A stretch of DNA of 62,830 nt, filler included, from Sphacelaria rigidula (lineage: Eukaryota): the NCBI GenBank assembly GCA_964200075.2. It is 7 parts of 7 records of this genome, joined end to end, with 100 filler letters (N's around TTAATTAATTAA, not from the genome) between each part and the next. Parts side by side here need not be neighbours in the genome. Positions count along the whole stretch, not along the records: positions 8,992 to 17,882 come from CAXNAA020009826.1; positions 17,983 to 26,873 come from CAXNAA020009827.1; 5 more parts are not named here. One strand, given 5' to 3'. Below the pieces are notes generated by a model, which saw only the letters and a list, made by a program, of their open reading frames with translations, did not search any database and was not told the DNA's origin. This document shows, in pieces, positions 9,774 through 21,829 of the stretch. The stretch's first letter is position 1, and each line of letters opens with the position of its first letter. The position numbers and the translations under genes are program-made.

Positions 9774-12399
9774 GTTCGTGCGACGATCAATCGAAGTGCA
9801 CCGTAGTCGCGGTATTGTACGGGCACGCGGTCGTTCTGTGTGTTTCTCTTGCGTGTGTTATGCGTGTGCTGTGTGCGTTCCATGTTTGTGCGCGCGTACG
9901 TGGACCCCCCTTTCAGCAGATATTTGTTTTTAGTGCCCCCTTGTGCTTTCCGAACGTGATACAATCAGTGTACGTGCTTGTTGTTTTTCTGCGAGAGCTG
10001 AATGGGTGGGCGGAGTATCTCTGCGCAATATTTCTTGTGTTGGATGTGGACCTGCGTGGCCTTGGTTCATGGAAGAGTACCCGCGGGGCCGGATTCCGAT
10101 CCCATACTGACCTGAGCCAAACTGTAATTGTGTCTTGGGTTGCGGTGTAACCGCAGGTTCAACCAACCGCCCTCTAGAATATGCATGTTGATCGTCGTTT
10201 CTGTAAAGGATGGGGGGCGCGGTTTTTGTTTCTGTTTTTCTGTTTTTATTTCTATTTCGTGTTAATGGTATGGGTCTGGTTGCTTCCTGTGTGTGCTGGC
10301 ATCTTCGTATATTTATGATGACCGCATGTATGTACTACGACTGCTGGGTCGGTCACCGCTACATTCTGTTTGACTGTACTGAAACGAGAAGGTTGCTGAT
10401 GGTCATATTGTTCGCAGCCCATGCACGAATGACTTTTTGGACGCACGGCGTATGCGTGGGTGGCGGTCGTTTTTTTGTATGTAGGCGTTCTCTCTACACC
10501 AAGAACAGTTATTGCGAACTTCCCCCCCGTCCCCCCGTCCCTCTTATGGCAGACTGTCCGTGTAGCATCCAACTAGGGGTCGGAGCGGTACATGTAGTGT
10601 GTCCAAGAAGCTTGCGTATTTCACGTCTTGTCTGTTGTCCGAGGGTAACGCTTTCAAATCGTGTTGATGACCTTGGTGTTGGATGCCAGTGTCGTCCGTG
10701 ATAGTCGTGTTCAGCGGGGATATTGTTGATTTTCATTCGTCCAGGTTCGTTTTACAGTACCTCTTTCTCGCCGACAACCGCGCCTGCCTGGTCTGTTATG
10801 CCATCTCCTTTCCTTTCCGCACCCGTTTCATGTTGAAAGGTAAGTCTTTCGTTATTGCCAATCGCGTGTAGAACGTCATGTTCCTGATAACTGAAAGTGC
10901 CTCAATCTTATAAATGCTGTACTGTTTTGGTTGCCACATGCACATGTCACAGATGACCCCTAGATCTACCGTACCACCTGCCGCACACGGGAAGTCGAAA
11001 AGTTTCTGGCACAGCGCAGACCTCACTACATGTCGGAGAGAAACGTGCGCTCCAATTGAACATGATGTAGAAGTGACCCCCCTGTTATTTCTGTGCTGCG
11101 GACGGCTGGTTGAGGTGTGACGTGGTTGCTGGTCATGACTGGCGTGGTCAGGCTCGTGCCGACTACGCTAGCAAAGTCGTTTTTTCATTCTTGTAACCTC
11201 ACCGTAAACGAGGTTATGAGGGCCAGATTGTAACACTCCCAACCATGGGATAAGTGGTGCAAAATTTGGGTTATGTCAAAGGATGAAGTGCAGAGGATGC
11301 TGACAGGAAAGAGAAAAGAGACATGAAAAAACGGGACGTATTTTGTGTAGATGTATGGGTCGAAATAGGCCTACTTTTGGACTAATTTTCGGATTTTCTT
11401 CGAGATGTTTCTGAGATTATCTTGTGAGAATTCCTGGGGGGGAAAATGGGAGTAGAACACCTTTGCACGCCAAGCCCCCTGTGTGTTTTTCTTTTCTAAT
11501 TTCAACTCTGTTTTCGCCCCTGGAATAGAGGCGAAATACAGCCTCTTTCAGGCCGATTGATTTTTGAACAGGTGGTTCGGCCACCCAATGGGGCGACGTG
11601 CACACGTGAAACCGAATAAAATCGACCCGAAAAAAAAAAAAAAAACGAAATAATATGACACACCACGCGTCCGCCACGGTCAAGGGCCTGTGTAAACGTA
11701 AGATAGTTTTACTTTATGAGACAGAGGAAGTGTATATTGTAATACGGACTGTTGTTTCTTTTGTTCTTTGAAGGAATGAGGAAACCTGATCTAACACTCA
11801 CCCCGCAAGCGAGTTCGTGTGCCGATCACCCGGAGGCTTGGGGGCCATGACTGCCTCACGTCAGTCATGTGGGGTAAGCGCCTCGAGTATTCGCATGCTT
11901 TGCTCGAGACGTTGTAGGGGCCCGACGCACGAACCCCCCCGTCAATTTGGCGCAGTACGCCGACTGATATACGCGTATTGCCTGTCACGATGGCTCTCCT
12001 GTAGTTTAGGCGCGAGGTCTTGTCCTTGCACACCAGTGATGAATCACAATGATCAGCCCACGTCTGCACTGATACCCAGCACCACGGGCGGTGAAATGCC
12101 GTGTAAAAAACTCTTTGCTTGATTCTTGCGCGCGTTCTAAGTCCGATTCGTGCCCCGAGCTGGTGACGAACAGGTGGTTGATCTAGGGGAGTCTTGGTCA
12201 TGGTATGATGTACGATGTAGCTCCCCTCCCCAAGAAATCGTTTCATGGAAAGTGGCAGCGAAAATACATGTACAGAAAGGACGCTTGGCGCACAAGGGGC
12301 GTAACCGTGTGGCGAAAGTTTCCATGTTGACTTTTTCAAGGACAGGAAGGCTAGAAAAAAAAGAAAGGAACCGGTTCCGATGGAATAATACTGTTACTC

Positions 12400-12660
12400 A
12401 ATATTTCAATAGTCCAATAGTCCAATAGTCCAATACTTCAAACCTTCAACCCTTCAACTTTTCAACACTTCCAACACTTTAATATTTCAAATATTTCAAT
12501 ATTTCAATATCTCAATATTCCAACACTTCATTTCTTCAATACTCCAACACTCCCATGTTTCAACATTTCAGTGCTTCAATACTGCAATAGTTCTGTACTT
12601 CAGTACTTCAATAATCCAAAAATTCAATACTTGAATACTTCGACAATTCAATACTTCGAT
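12400..12660. repeat. Degenerate ~8-bp minisatellite (TCAATANT)n in an intron
   Basis: Repeating ttcaata/tccaata/ttcaaca units. Confidence 0.8.
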
Positions 12661-12710
12661 AAAATTGCCCCTGCTCTCTGCCCCCCTCCCACCCCGCCTT
12701 TCCCGTTAAG

Positions 12711-12787
12711 GTGATGCGATTAGTGCTGGTGTTGATGTGCGAGCCGTTGTACCAGCGAAACGTCAACTTCGATCCTTCAGCTTCGAG
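12711..12787 (+). CDS. HID1: HID1 exon (VMRLVLVLMCEPLYQRNVNFDPSAS)
   Basis: aag|GTG acceptor after a pyrimidine tract, AG|gtgaac donor; phase 0 to 2 links the neighbouring exons. Confidence 0.8.
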
Positions 12788-13314
12788 GTGAACACGCATT
12801 GCTCAACAACCATGTCTCTTCTACAGAGTTCACATCTTCGATTCTTTGTTTTGTTACAAGTGGCTGAACTTGACTGAAGAAGACTTGCGATATTGTGTGA
12901 AATTCGGAACATATTTCATCAGGATTTTTGCGTCTTTTTTTTTTTTTCATGTGGGTGCGTGTGTGTATGTGTGTATGTGTGTGTATTTTGCGCGTGTTCG
13001 AGAGTCGAACAAATGATGATTTGTCTAAGAAGTACGTACTTTTTTGTGCATTTGATTTGTTCCGTACGAATCAACCCTTGGGTTTTATTTTCAGCGCCGT
13101 ACCCCAGGTACGAGCACCCGGGGCACATGAGAACAGCGCCAAACTTTGCCTTTAGATTGTTTTCACCGGCGGTCAACTTTTCCTTCCTTTCGGACAATTA
13201 GGCCTCATGAATCGTAGATTTGGTGATTCGAATCAGCGATGGTTCGTCCTTTGGACGTTTCCACCAATGCTTTTTTTTCTCGCCACCCCCCCCTACCCCC
13301 CTACCCCCCTCCGT

Positions 13315-13588
13315 GCGATGCCAGAAAGTGAAGCAACTCATTTTAGCCTGTCATCCATATGCAAGACAACTAGTACGCTTTGGACCGAACAATCTCAGCA
13401 GGATGCAGCTCACCCTTCATGCAATGCGAGTCGCCAAACACATCACGGCGCTTGGCGCTTGGTGGTTGATTCCAAGCTTCGTGCGGCGAAACCCTGGCGT
13501 GCTCCGTCCCGGCTTTGTAGGGATGCGAGGTCAATGGTCATATGACTACAGCATGCAAGATCATGAGTATACCCCCTCCCCCCCCCCG
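13315..13588 (+). mobile_element. Family B copy flanked by C-tracts on both sides
   Basis: C-runs at 13286-13310 and 13572-13587; ends gcaagatcatgagtatacccc. Confidence 0.85.
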
Positions 13589-13623
13589 GCACCCGCGTGC
13601 ACTTTACACCCCTGTGCTCTCAG

Positions 13624-13786
13624 GTTTGCGCCCGAGGGTTGCAAGGAAGACGCGCCGTTCGCACCGGAGTTATTTTTCTCGCTGCTGAGCGTGGTGTCCA
13701 CCTACGATCCGGTGGGCTGGGGTGTGCCCTATGGCGGGTCGTTCACGAGCGACCTTCCTGTCAAACAGCTTGACATGGCTGTGCAG
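13624..13786 (+). CDS. HID1: HID1 exon (FAPEGCKEDAPFAPELFFSLLSVVSTYDPVGWGVPYGGSFTSDLPVKQLDMAVQ)
   Basis: Contains the diagnostic LF-x-SLL...YDPVG-[YW]-G-[IV]-PY HID1 motif; canonical splice sites, phase-compatible. Confidence 0.9.
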
Positions 13787-13848
13787 GTGAGGCAGTCAAA
13801 GAACAGGGCGATTTTATGTGTGTGTGTTCGTGTGTGTGTTGTCGTCAC

Positions 13849-14125
13849 ATCTATTCTGGACGCCAGTCTGCACCGTTCCGTATGTGCGTGGGCTCATCAG
13901 CCGGGGTCACACGGGAGGAGGGTGAAGACAGGAGTTTTTTTTTTCATTTTTCACTTTCGTTTTATTGTGGTACTCCGCGTTCCTTCTGCGGCGCTTGCCT
14001 TATTTTTTATCGCGAAAGGGGTTCAGCAGTCCCTTTCCCTCGTCGACCGTGAAGTTCAATTTTGTCTACCCACGACATCGTCGCTCTCCCTCTGTTGGGT
14101 ATTGTGTGAGAAAAAATCCCAGATC
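13849..14125 (-). mobile_element. 5'-truncated tRNA-derived SINE (same family as 19382-19719)
   Basis: Shares cagccggggtcacac...ggggttcagcagtccctttccctcgt with the full copy. Confidence 0.8.
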
Positions 14126-14608
14126 TTGAATCGGTGCAAGCCTATATTATTATCTTGAGTGATTACACCAGATATCCCCGCAGCTACTGTACGTTTAAGT
14201 AGCATTCGGATACAGATCGTACATCATATCTACATATATATTACTTGAATTATATTTGCTTCTTTTATACGACCAAGATCAAAGAAACTCTTCCCCGCTA
14301 CTCGCGGTTATGTTGATTTTGTTCTGTTGCCTCATTTGCGATGTATATTGTGGTATGCACGCATACATACACACACATGTACATATGCTTGTGTACACCT
14401 GTCACTGTGCGTGTATCCGCTTCTATGCTCGTGTGACGGGCACGTAAAGAGAGGTGGGGGGGGGGGGGGGACCCTCCTGATTTTGGGGGGCGGGGGTTCC
14501 TGGCCATTGGCCCCGCCTCCCTACAAACCCGGGNNNNNNNNNNTTGTGTTTGTGTTCTTGTTTTTTTTTGTTTTTTCTTTCTTCTGTGGTGGTGGCCGGG
14601 AACGGAAA

Positions 14609-15135
14609 GGGGGGGGGGGGGGGGGGGGGGTACACTCATGATCTTGCGTGCCGTGGTCTCATGACCATTGGCCTCGCATCCCTACAAACCCGGGACGGAG
14701 TATGCCGGACTTTCGGCGGACCAGACTCGCAATCAATCACCAAACGCGGAGCGCCCCGGTGTGTGTAACGAGTCGCATGAGGAGTGAGCTGCATCCTGCT
14801 AAGATTGTTCGGCCTGAAACGTACTGATAATCTTCCATTTGGACGACAGCGTTCAATGAGTTGCTTCATTTTTCTGGTATCGCTACTTCCAGAGACAGCC
14901 ACGGGTTCCACACTGCCTCATGGGTGTCTCACCATTCAACTACCACGTAGTATGATCATTTCCTTTGCGCGGAATTGAGGTTTTCCCACCCCGCACAACA
15001 TGATCTAGTCCGATCACCATGATGGTCACCGCCAGAAAAAAAAAAAGCAAGCGTGCAAAAAAATCGGTAACTTGGTTGCCTAGCGTACGCTGTGAGTGGC
15101 GTGTTTTACCGCGTCGTTGTCGACCGACGCCAATC
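14609..15135 (-). mobile_element. Family B, longest copy (~500 bp) with a ~22-nt G-run (poly-C tail)
   Basis: G-run then tacactcatgatcttgcgtgccgtggtctcatgaccattggcctcgcatccc; G-rich tract also at the other flank (~15155). Confidence 0.85.
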
Positions 15136-15354
15136 CCAAAAATATATATGCGGCGGGGGGAGGGGGGAAGGGAAGAAATTAATGCGTGGTCTCGTCCACT
15201 GTGGTGTAGAGGCCCGGATATCACATGAAATGTTCCAAAAACGTTAGTGCCTGATGTCGTACACGTGTCCTCCCCCTCGTGTTTTACTGCCTTGGTATAC
15301 TTCTGGGGCTGGGGGTGGGGTGCGTACGCTGCTTGGGGTGGTGTGATCTTGCAG

Positions 15355-15444
15355 CTGCTGATCGTTCTGCTGGATAACGGGAAGCCGCCTCTACCGGTGA
15401 TTACGAGCCCGCCCGAAGGCGAAGATGGTGGTTACGGATCCGAG
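15355..15444 (+). CDS. HID1: HID1 exon (LLIVLLDNGKPPLPVITSPPEGEDGGYGSE)
   Basis: cag/gtaaga sites; continues Q|LLIVLLD, matching HID1 Q-x-LIV-x-LD. Confidence 0.85.
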
Positions 15445-15626
15445 GTAAGACGAGCTGGACCGCTGGGCCCTTGTTTGTGACGTGAAATAGGGGACCTACC
15501 GCACAGCGCACATCTTTTGAGATGGTGGGATACGAGCCGGTGGAAGGTTTTCGATTAACGGGGCAAGCGTTTTGCTGTTGATGCGTTAACGCGTGTACGG
15601 TTGTGTTTTTTGTGCAGAGAGAATAG

Positions 15627-15767
15627 CACACCCTGGACAAGAGAGTCCATTGTCAAAAAGTGTGCTGGGTACAGTATCTACCTTTGCGTCTATTGCAATA
15701 GACGACAGAGGATTCCATACTGTGCACGGTGCATTTGTTTACAGTGTAATCTTTTGTCCAGGGCGTG
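15627..15767. mobile_element. Palindromic MITE, CACACCYTGGACAA family (subfamily 1)
   Basis: cacaccctggacaa ... ttgtccagggcgtg termini; inverted homolog at 46385-46516. Confidence 0.75.
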
Positions 15768-15856
15768 GAGAATAGTGACGGTTGTTGTTTGTGCTGGGGT
15801 ATGAATGTCTTTATTTCGCTTTGCTTCGCTGGCGCGCGCTCATACACACACACGCT

Positions 15857-15889
<33 letters not shown>

Positions 15890-16145
15890 GTACACGTATA
15901 TTTATCCATGGCTTTCGCGTTGTGGTTCGGGCTAAAGACGATTTTGTTTTGCACCTCTCACTGCTGCTCTTGCTGTTGGTGGTGCTGTTGTTGCGTACCG
16001 ACCCCATTTCGAAAACCTTGTTGTTGTTGTTGCTGTTGTCTTTACTGCTCTCTTCTGAAATCGAAAACTGAACACCGTGGGGGGTGGTGCCTGCGGCGGC
16101 GTCGCTGGGCGGGGCGACTAATTTGATTGACGACCCCCTGAACAG

Positions 16146-16328
16146 CAGCGAGCTGTACGTGAAGACCCTCCCCCTCCCGGTGCGCGGGGGTATAACGTGT
16201 TCCGCAACCTGGTGTTGCACGCTCTTCGAGATGAGAGAGACTTCGGGGTGGTGTTCTCTGGGCTCTCTCAGCTGCTCAACAACCTGCACCAGTCACGCAA
16301 TGCCTACATCCCCGGCTCAGCGATGACG
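16146..16328 (+). CDS. HID1: HID1 exon (QRAVREDPPPPGARGYNVFRNLVLHALRDERDFGVVFSGLSQLLNNLHQSRNAYIPGSAMT)
   Basis: Branch site gactaat, CAGCAG acceptor, gtgagt donor; N-x-F...DF...G-x-x-x-LL-x-N...Y-x-P-x-S HID1 pattern. Confidence 0.88.
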
Positions 16329-16738
16329 GTGAGTGAGAGGGACATACAGACAGGGAAACAAACGCTGACAGAAGCAGGCAGACAGAGAAACGGGCGGAGA
16401 GGCAGTGAGCTTGGCACGAAACTGTCACGTGTCTACGGATGCGTGGTCGGTTGTGGAGAGCTTTTGTTTTTGGCACGAAGGCATCATGTTTGAGTCGTGT
16501 ATGTATGTATGTACGTGAAAGTATGTACCCCCCGCGGTTTGAAGGCGAAATGCCTACGGGATCCATACGCAATTGTGGAGAATGATAGTGCAGTAACCCG
16601 AGCAGCTAGCTTGTACCGGTGGCACTTCTAGCGGGCGCCGTTAGAGCGGTTTGCCAATTGATGGTGCGTGCAGTTTACACCGTATATGTATAATCGTTTA
16701 TTATTTTCGTACGATCTCCTGTGCGTGTACACTTTTTT

Positions 16739-16918
16739 ACACTCGGGACAATATATATGGTCAGTATAGTAGTTACAAACAACAGTGATGTACTGTGTAA
16801 AGTATAGGCCTATTGCAACGACTTGTGTCGGCCGACACTAGTTGCAATAGGCCTATACTTTACGGAGTACATTTTTCGTCTACGGAAACTTTTGGCCATA
16901 ATTTTTTGTCCAGGGTGT
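16739..16918. mobile_element. Palindromic MITE, CACACCYTGGACAA family (subfamily 2)
   Basis: Central palindrome gtaaagtataggcctattgcaac...gtcggccgac...gttgcaataggcctatactttac. Confidence 0.8.
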
Positions 16919-17548
16919 TCATTTTTCCCGCAAATGTTCCGCTTGTTTTCACTGTTGTGTTGTCTTGTGAGAACTTTCTTCGGGTAAAGTGTTCTTCAAG
17001 GTCATTTTTTGTCTCTTGTTTCGTCTTTTTTTTCTTTCTCACGTCTAAGCTCCAAGGCTGTGTTCTGTAGGGCATAACGGCTGACCTCAGTGTAGTTGTA
17101 AAAGTATAAAAAAGGTATTTTATTGGCGAATACCCTTCCGAATTATACGGGATTCGGAACACGGCTCCATACCTTGCTGAGCCGTACCGGAATGTTCTAT
17201 ACACATTCGGGTATGGATCGGCATGCCAACGAAAAATCTCTCACTTCCGAGTACATGTATTTAATACCCTACAGAACAAAACCCTGCAAGGGTCTGTTGA
17301 GTAGGGTAAATACCCGGGTATTTACTCTCCCGATGTTTCTGTCGTGATGATCCGATCTCCGAACCCTACCCAAATATTGGGTAATCTTGGGTACGATCGC
17401 AATACTCAACCCAATAGCTGGGTATTGTGGAATACGATCTCAATACTCTACCCGAGTTTTGTGTGCTTGAGAGTACGACCTTGAAAAAAAAATATATATA
17501 TATGCATATATAGGGGAATACCCTACCCAGCACACCCTTGTAACCTTC

Positions 17549-17724
17549 CACACCCTGGACAATATATGGTCAATAGATACATTAGACGAGAAGTGTATTG
17601 TATAAATATAAAGTATAGGCGTATTGCAACTATTGCCGGCCGACAATAGTCGCAATAGGCCTATACTTCATGCAGTACGTTTCTTGTCTATTGTAACTAC
17701 TGACCATATATTGTCTAAGGTGTG
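17549..17724. mobile_element. Palindromic MITE, CACACCYTGGACAA family (subfamily 2)
   Basis: cacaccctggacaatatatggtca ... tgaccatatattgtctaaggtgtg. Confidence 0.85.
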
Positions 17725-17819
17725 CAACCTTGCCAAACGCCTTCACTTCCGCAGTCGCGACGAGTACGTGCATGGTCTCGGGAGATGGATGAGAGGCGTC
17801 CCGCGATAGGTGTGTGTGT

Positions 17820-17882
17820 GGGGGGGGGGGGGCGTACTCATTTGTTGCTTGCCTTAGTCGTTTGACCATTGACCACGTCTCC
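17820..17882 (-). mobile_element. Family A 3' end with G-run, cut by contig end
   Basis: G13 then cgtactcatttgttgcttgccttagtcgtttgaccattgaccacg, identical to 1-44. Confidence 0.85.
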
Positions 17883-17982
17883 NNNNNNNNNNNNNNNNNN
17901 NNNNNNNNNNNNNNNNNNNNNNNNNNTTAATTAATTAANNNNNNNNNNNNNNNNNNNNNNNNNNNNNNNNNNNNNNNNNNNN
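17883..17982. other. Artificial contig linker
   Basis: N44-TTAATTAATTAA-N44. Confidence 0.98.
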
Positions 17983-19381
17983 ATCATCGCCATGTAGCAG
18001 CACGTTTACGCGTGGTAAACACCGTACGGTGCAGTCAGGGGCGCTGGCGCAAAGGGCATTCAAACCCACCCCACTGTGGTGCGTAGTAGTTAGATACTGT
18101 AGTAGGAGTTGATCTCCGCACAAGCCGAGTGTTGTACTCTTCCAGGGATCGCTGCTTTAGCCGGTGACGGCGGTTTGGGTCTACGACCGGGAAAGGTACC
18201 GACTGTATCACGGGTGATAACCACCGTATGGCTTGCACGAGCAGGGGTACGTGGGATGAGAAGTAACCCAGCTGCCGCACGGGCGTGGTACGAAGTAGAT
18301 TGACAGTTGATGTTCGGATACTCCGTACTAACCAAGTTGCTGCGTCTTTCCTTGGGCCGCTGCCGTCAGCCAGCCCAACCCGGCCTCAGCGCTCGGGCCG
18401 AGGCCGGAGGGAAAGCAGGGCTATATAATGGAGTAATAACTAGTGGTGAGCCACGGCTGACGCACGTAGCTGCAGCGCCACAGGTACCAACGCCACGGGT
18501 CTCGCACGCGTGGTTGTTTTGAACTAAATTGCGGAAACGACCCTGGCGTCAAGAATTCAGAAGTATAAAAGTGTGAGCAAATAAGGGCTTTCAGCCCCAC
18601 CGCTAACATGATCGTCAGGGGTGCTGAACTTGGGGGGTGTTAGCCCCCGAAAAATGTTCGGACTGTTTGACAATATGTTACTGTAAACTGCCCACTTTTC
18701 TCCGTTCCTTCGGATACGCTTGAGTGTAGACTACATCCTTGACATGGAGAAATCGTACGCTAAGGTGACGCGTTCCCTAATCAGATGCCACATATACTCA
18801 CACCAATGACACATTCCGGGGTTGAACCTTTCTCTCAAGTGCTTTCAAGCTTAGTCTCAAAACCAGCAGAAGTAGGCCATTTTCCGATTTTTTCCGCTGA
18901 GCACGGGACGTGCGCTGGAAAAGGTTATAAGCCGAGGAGTGCATTCGGGTTCGAAGCATACAACGCAGAAAATTGCGAACACGCTCCGGCCTTGTAGTGG
19001 GTGAAAATAATATCAAGAGTCGTCCTTTTTTTTTTTCTTCCAAGGAGGATATCTGAGTTGACATTTTTTGTGTGTGCGTGTGTTGAGCAGGAGCGACGGG
19101 CTTTGTCTTTCCGCTGCATGATCTCTTGGCTTTTGCCGTTAACGTTGGTTCGTCCGTGTATGTTCGCGTGTGAGCTGTGGCGTTGTGGGTGTGCGTGCCG
19201 TGGCGTGCGCTATCTGCTGGCTCGTGTGCGGGTGGAACAGCTTCTGCTCTGCCGGCGGGTTCTATTGCTCTGTCAATCGGTGCATGGTGGTAGCTAGGCA
19301 AATTGTGCGTCGCAAAACCTCATTTGGACAACAATGCGTACTGCGCAAGCTAGGAGCGCAGCGCCCATTTTGTGTTGTCCC

Positions 19382-19719
19382 ATTTATTCTTGACGCTGGT
19401 CTACACCTGTCGGTATATGCGGGCGCACCAGCCGGGGTCACACAGAAGGAAGGCCAACACAGGAGTTATTTTTATTTTTTGTTTGTTTTAGTTCTCTACC
19501 TTTCCTTTGCGGTGCCTTTTTTTTCATCGCGAGAGGGGTTCAGCAGTCCCTTTCCCTCGTTGACCACCGAGTCGAATCTTGTGTACCCACGGCATAGTAG
19601 TCCCTCTCCACTCTTGGGCATTGTGTAGGGGAAAATATCAGATTGCTCCGAGATTCGAACCCACGACCCAAGCGTCAGAAGGTTTCGAGGTTACCAACTG
19701 GGCCATCGGGGCGACCGGC
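19382..19719 (-). mobile_element. Full-length tRNA-derived SINE (~340 bp)
   Basis: Head has A box TGGCCCAGTTGG and B box GGTTCGAATCT but no proper acceptor stem; body is shared with 13849-14125. Confidence 0.8.
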
Positions 19720-19858
19720 GCTCATTAGACTTCCAGATATTAGTGTCCGCATTGGAGCCAAGTCGGGACAACTTCACCCCCCCAAGTGGTGAACTCTACT
19801 CTAACGAAGCAGAAACATCATGTGTACATCCGGGTGTACTATCGACACTGATGTGCAC

Positions 19859-20288
19859 CCTAGAACAGACGAAACTATAAAATGAGCTTGTACACTAAAA
19901 TGAGGTTCGAGCCCAAAACAGTGCTTTCCCCACACTTTGAGCGATGGTGCCCGATGACTTTCTTGTCGGCCCCATGCCCCTCGATCGTGTTGATACTTTT
20001 TCAGCGCATTTTACCGGCTTTGTGAGCTGACAGCGCTGACCGGAACCGCTATTTCCCATTTTTCACCCCTCCTCCCCCGGAAACAAAACAAAACAGGGAA
20101 AATGGCGGTGTCGGTCAGCGCTGCAAGCTCACAGAGTCGTTAAAAGAAGCTGAAAAAAGTATCTACGCGATCGAGAGGCCGACAAAAAATCATTCGGCAC
20201 CATCGCTGAAAGTGTGGGGAAAGCACTGTTTTGGGCTTGAACCTTATTTTAGTGCACAACCTCATTTTATAGAATTGTCCGTTCTAGG
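19859..20288. mobile_element. Fold-back MITE, 430 bp
   Basis: cctagaacagac...gcccaaaacagtgctttccccacacttt pairs with aaagtgtggggaaagcactgttttgggc...gtccgttctagg over ~200-bp arms. Confidence 0.85.
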
Positions 20289-21829
20289 ATAACGGCAAAA
20301 GCACTCGGGGCTCGTCAGTGTCGCATGACCACATCGACCGTGATGGCTTAGATCACACTTGCAACCGGAGTCAGCACAACCAGCGCAGAGTACAGCTGTG
20401 ACAGTAGTACAGTGAGATGATTTTGTGCTCCCTTTCATCTCTCACTACTCGTCGCGTGGCCGATTTCCTTGCGTCCGCGTGTCTTCCGTCTGCCAACTCG
20501 AAAAAAAGAAGAAGTGATCTGTGTTGATAATTTCAAACCGCGAAGGTCTGTGCTTGCGCCCTCAGCAGACGCCGACAAATTGCGAAGGAAAAAGAGCTGT
20601 CGCTTTGTTTATTGTACCCAGCGGCACAGAGAACCCCAGGTACAGAGCGTGGCATGCACCGGAGCAGCAACATCATGGTGACTGTATTATGTTCTTCTGT
20701 TTGTTGATTGTGTTGAATCTTTCGGCAGCGCCATGTCCACCGTACCATCTCTTCAGTAAAATGAGTGATGTTGCACAGACAGAACGGTACACACATGGCA
20801 AGGTAGGTAGACGCAAGCCCCATAAAAACATACAGGGCAGTACAACGCTGCACAGTACAGTGCAGTGCCTTCTTCAGTGCCCTCTTCTTTTCCCCCATCC
20901 CCCGCTGTGTTCCTTCCCTTTGTCTAAGGGAGTCACCAAAGGATCAGATTCCACCAAACCTCCGGAGAGTGTGACCCTTTTCTCCCGTCAGCTCCAAAAT
21001 GTATCAATTTGACCGCTAGGATGGCTCACCTGGGTCTTGTACTCATTTTCCAAGTGAATGTTTCGCCGAAACAACTGAGAACTTACCCCGTGGGTAACAC
21101 GCGGTCCATGCTCTTCCAAATAGAGGATGAGTGTTGTAGAGACGGCGCGGCGATCATGACCGTATCAATAGACTCAATATAATCAACGAACATGAGAGCA
21201 CAATACCTTCGCCATGATGTTGTTTATCCTGGTACACGCCACACATTTCACCTCGGGTTCGCTGTGCCGCTGGGTACACGAAGCGGTAGCTCTTTTCCCT
21301 TCATGATGTATCGGCGCGCACTGTACTGTACATGGAAGTAAGCGAGCATAGGATGTTCAGCTTTGGAACGACCAACACAGACCAATGTTATATTTTTGAA
21401 CTGGCAATGGAAAGCCACTGAGACAAGAATAAGTTGGCCAGGCGATGAGAAGTGAGAGATGAGAAGCAGTACAACATCATGTGACTGTCGTACTGTACAA
21501 GTGCACCCTGCGTTCGTGGTGCTGGCTTCGATTGAAAGTGTGAAAGTGTGGCTCAATTCACCTCGGTCCGGGGTGGTAATGCGATGCCGACCAGCCGCCA
21601 AGTATTTCGATGGTGCGCCGTGTGCACACACGATTTTCCGGAACCCATCTATAATTTTTCCGGAACCAAACATATATATCTCGTCCGTTGGAAAATATAC
21701 TCTTCATGCATGAGTTACTCTTCCGTGAATGAATACCCGAACATATGGGTATAACTATAATTGATTATATCCACATTTTCATACGTTATGATGAAGCCGC
21801 CAGAACAACAGGGACAGTCACGTACCATT

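Noticed and set aside
11689-12335. TRIM/mini LTR element (PPT-like GCGGGGTGAG|TGTTAG on minus)
   Set aside because: No second matching LTR or recognisable PBS was found.
13220-14158. 312-aa ORF as a single-exon gene
   Set aside because: It is a chance read-through of a family B repeat, one real HID1 exon and a SINE.
14453-14533. Extra family B copy in tandem with 14609
   Set aside because: It is a garbled duplicate next to a G-run and an internal N gap, probably low-quality read sequence. The same applies to the A-like copy at 34829-34892, so neither was counted.
19645-19719. Functional tRNA gene
   Set aside because: A/B boxes are present but the acceptor stem does not pair, and the sequence continues into a repeated SINE body.
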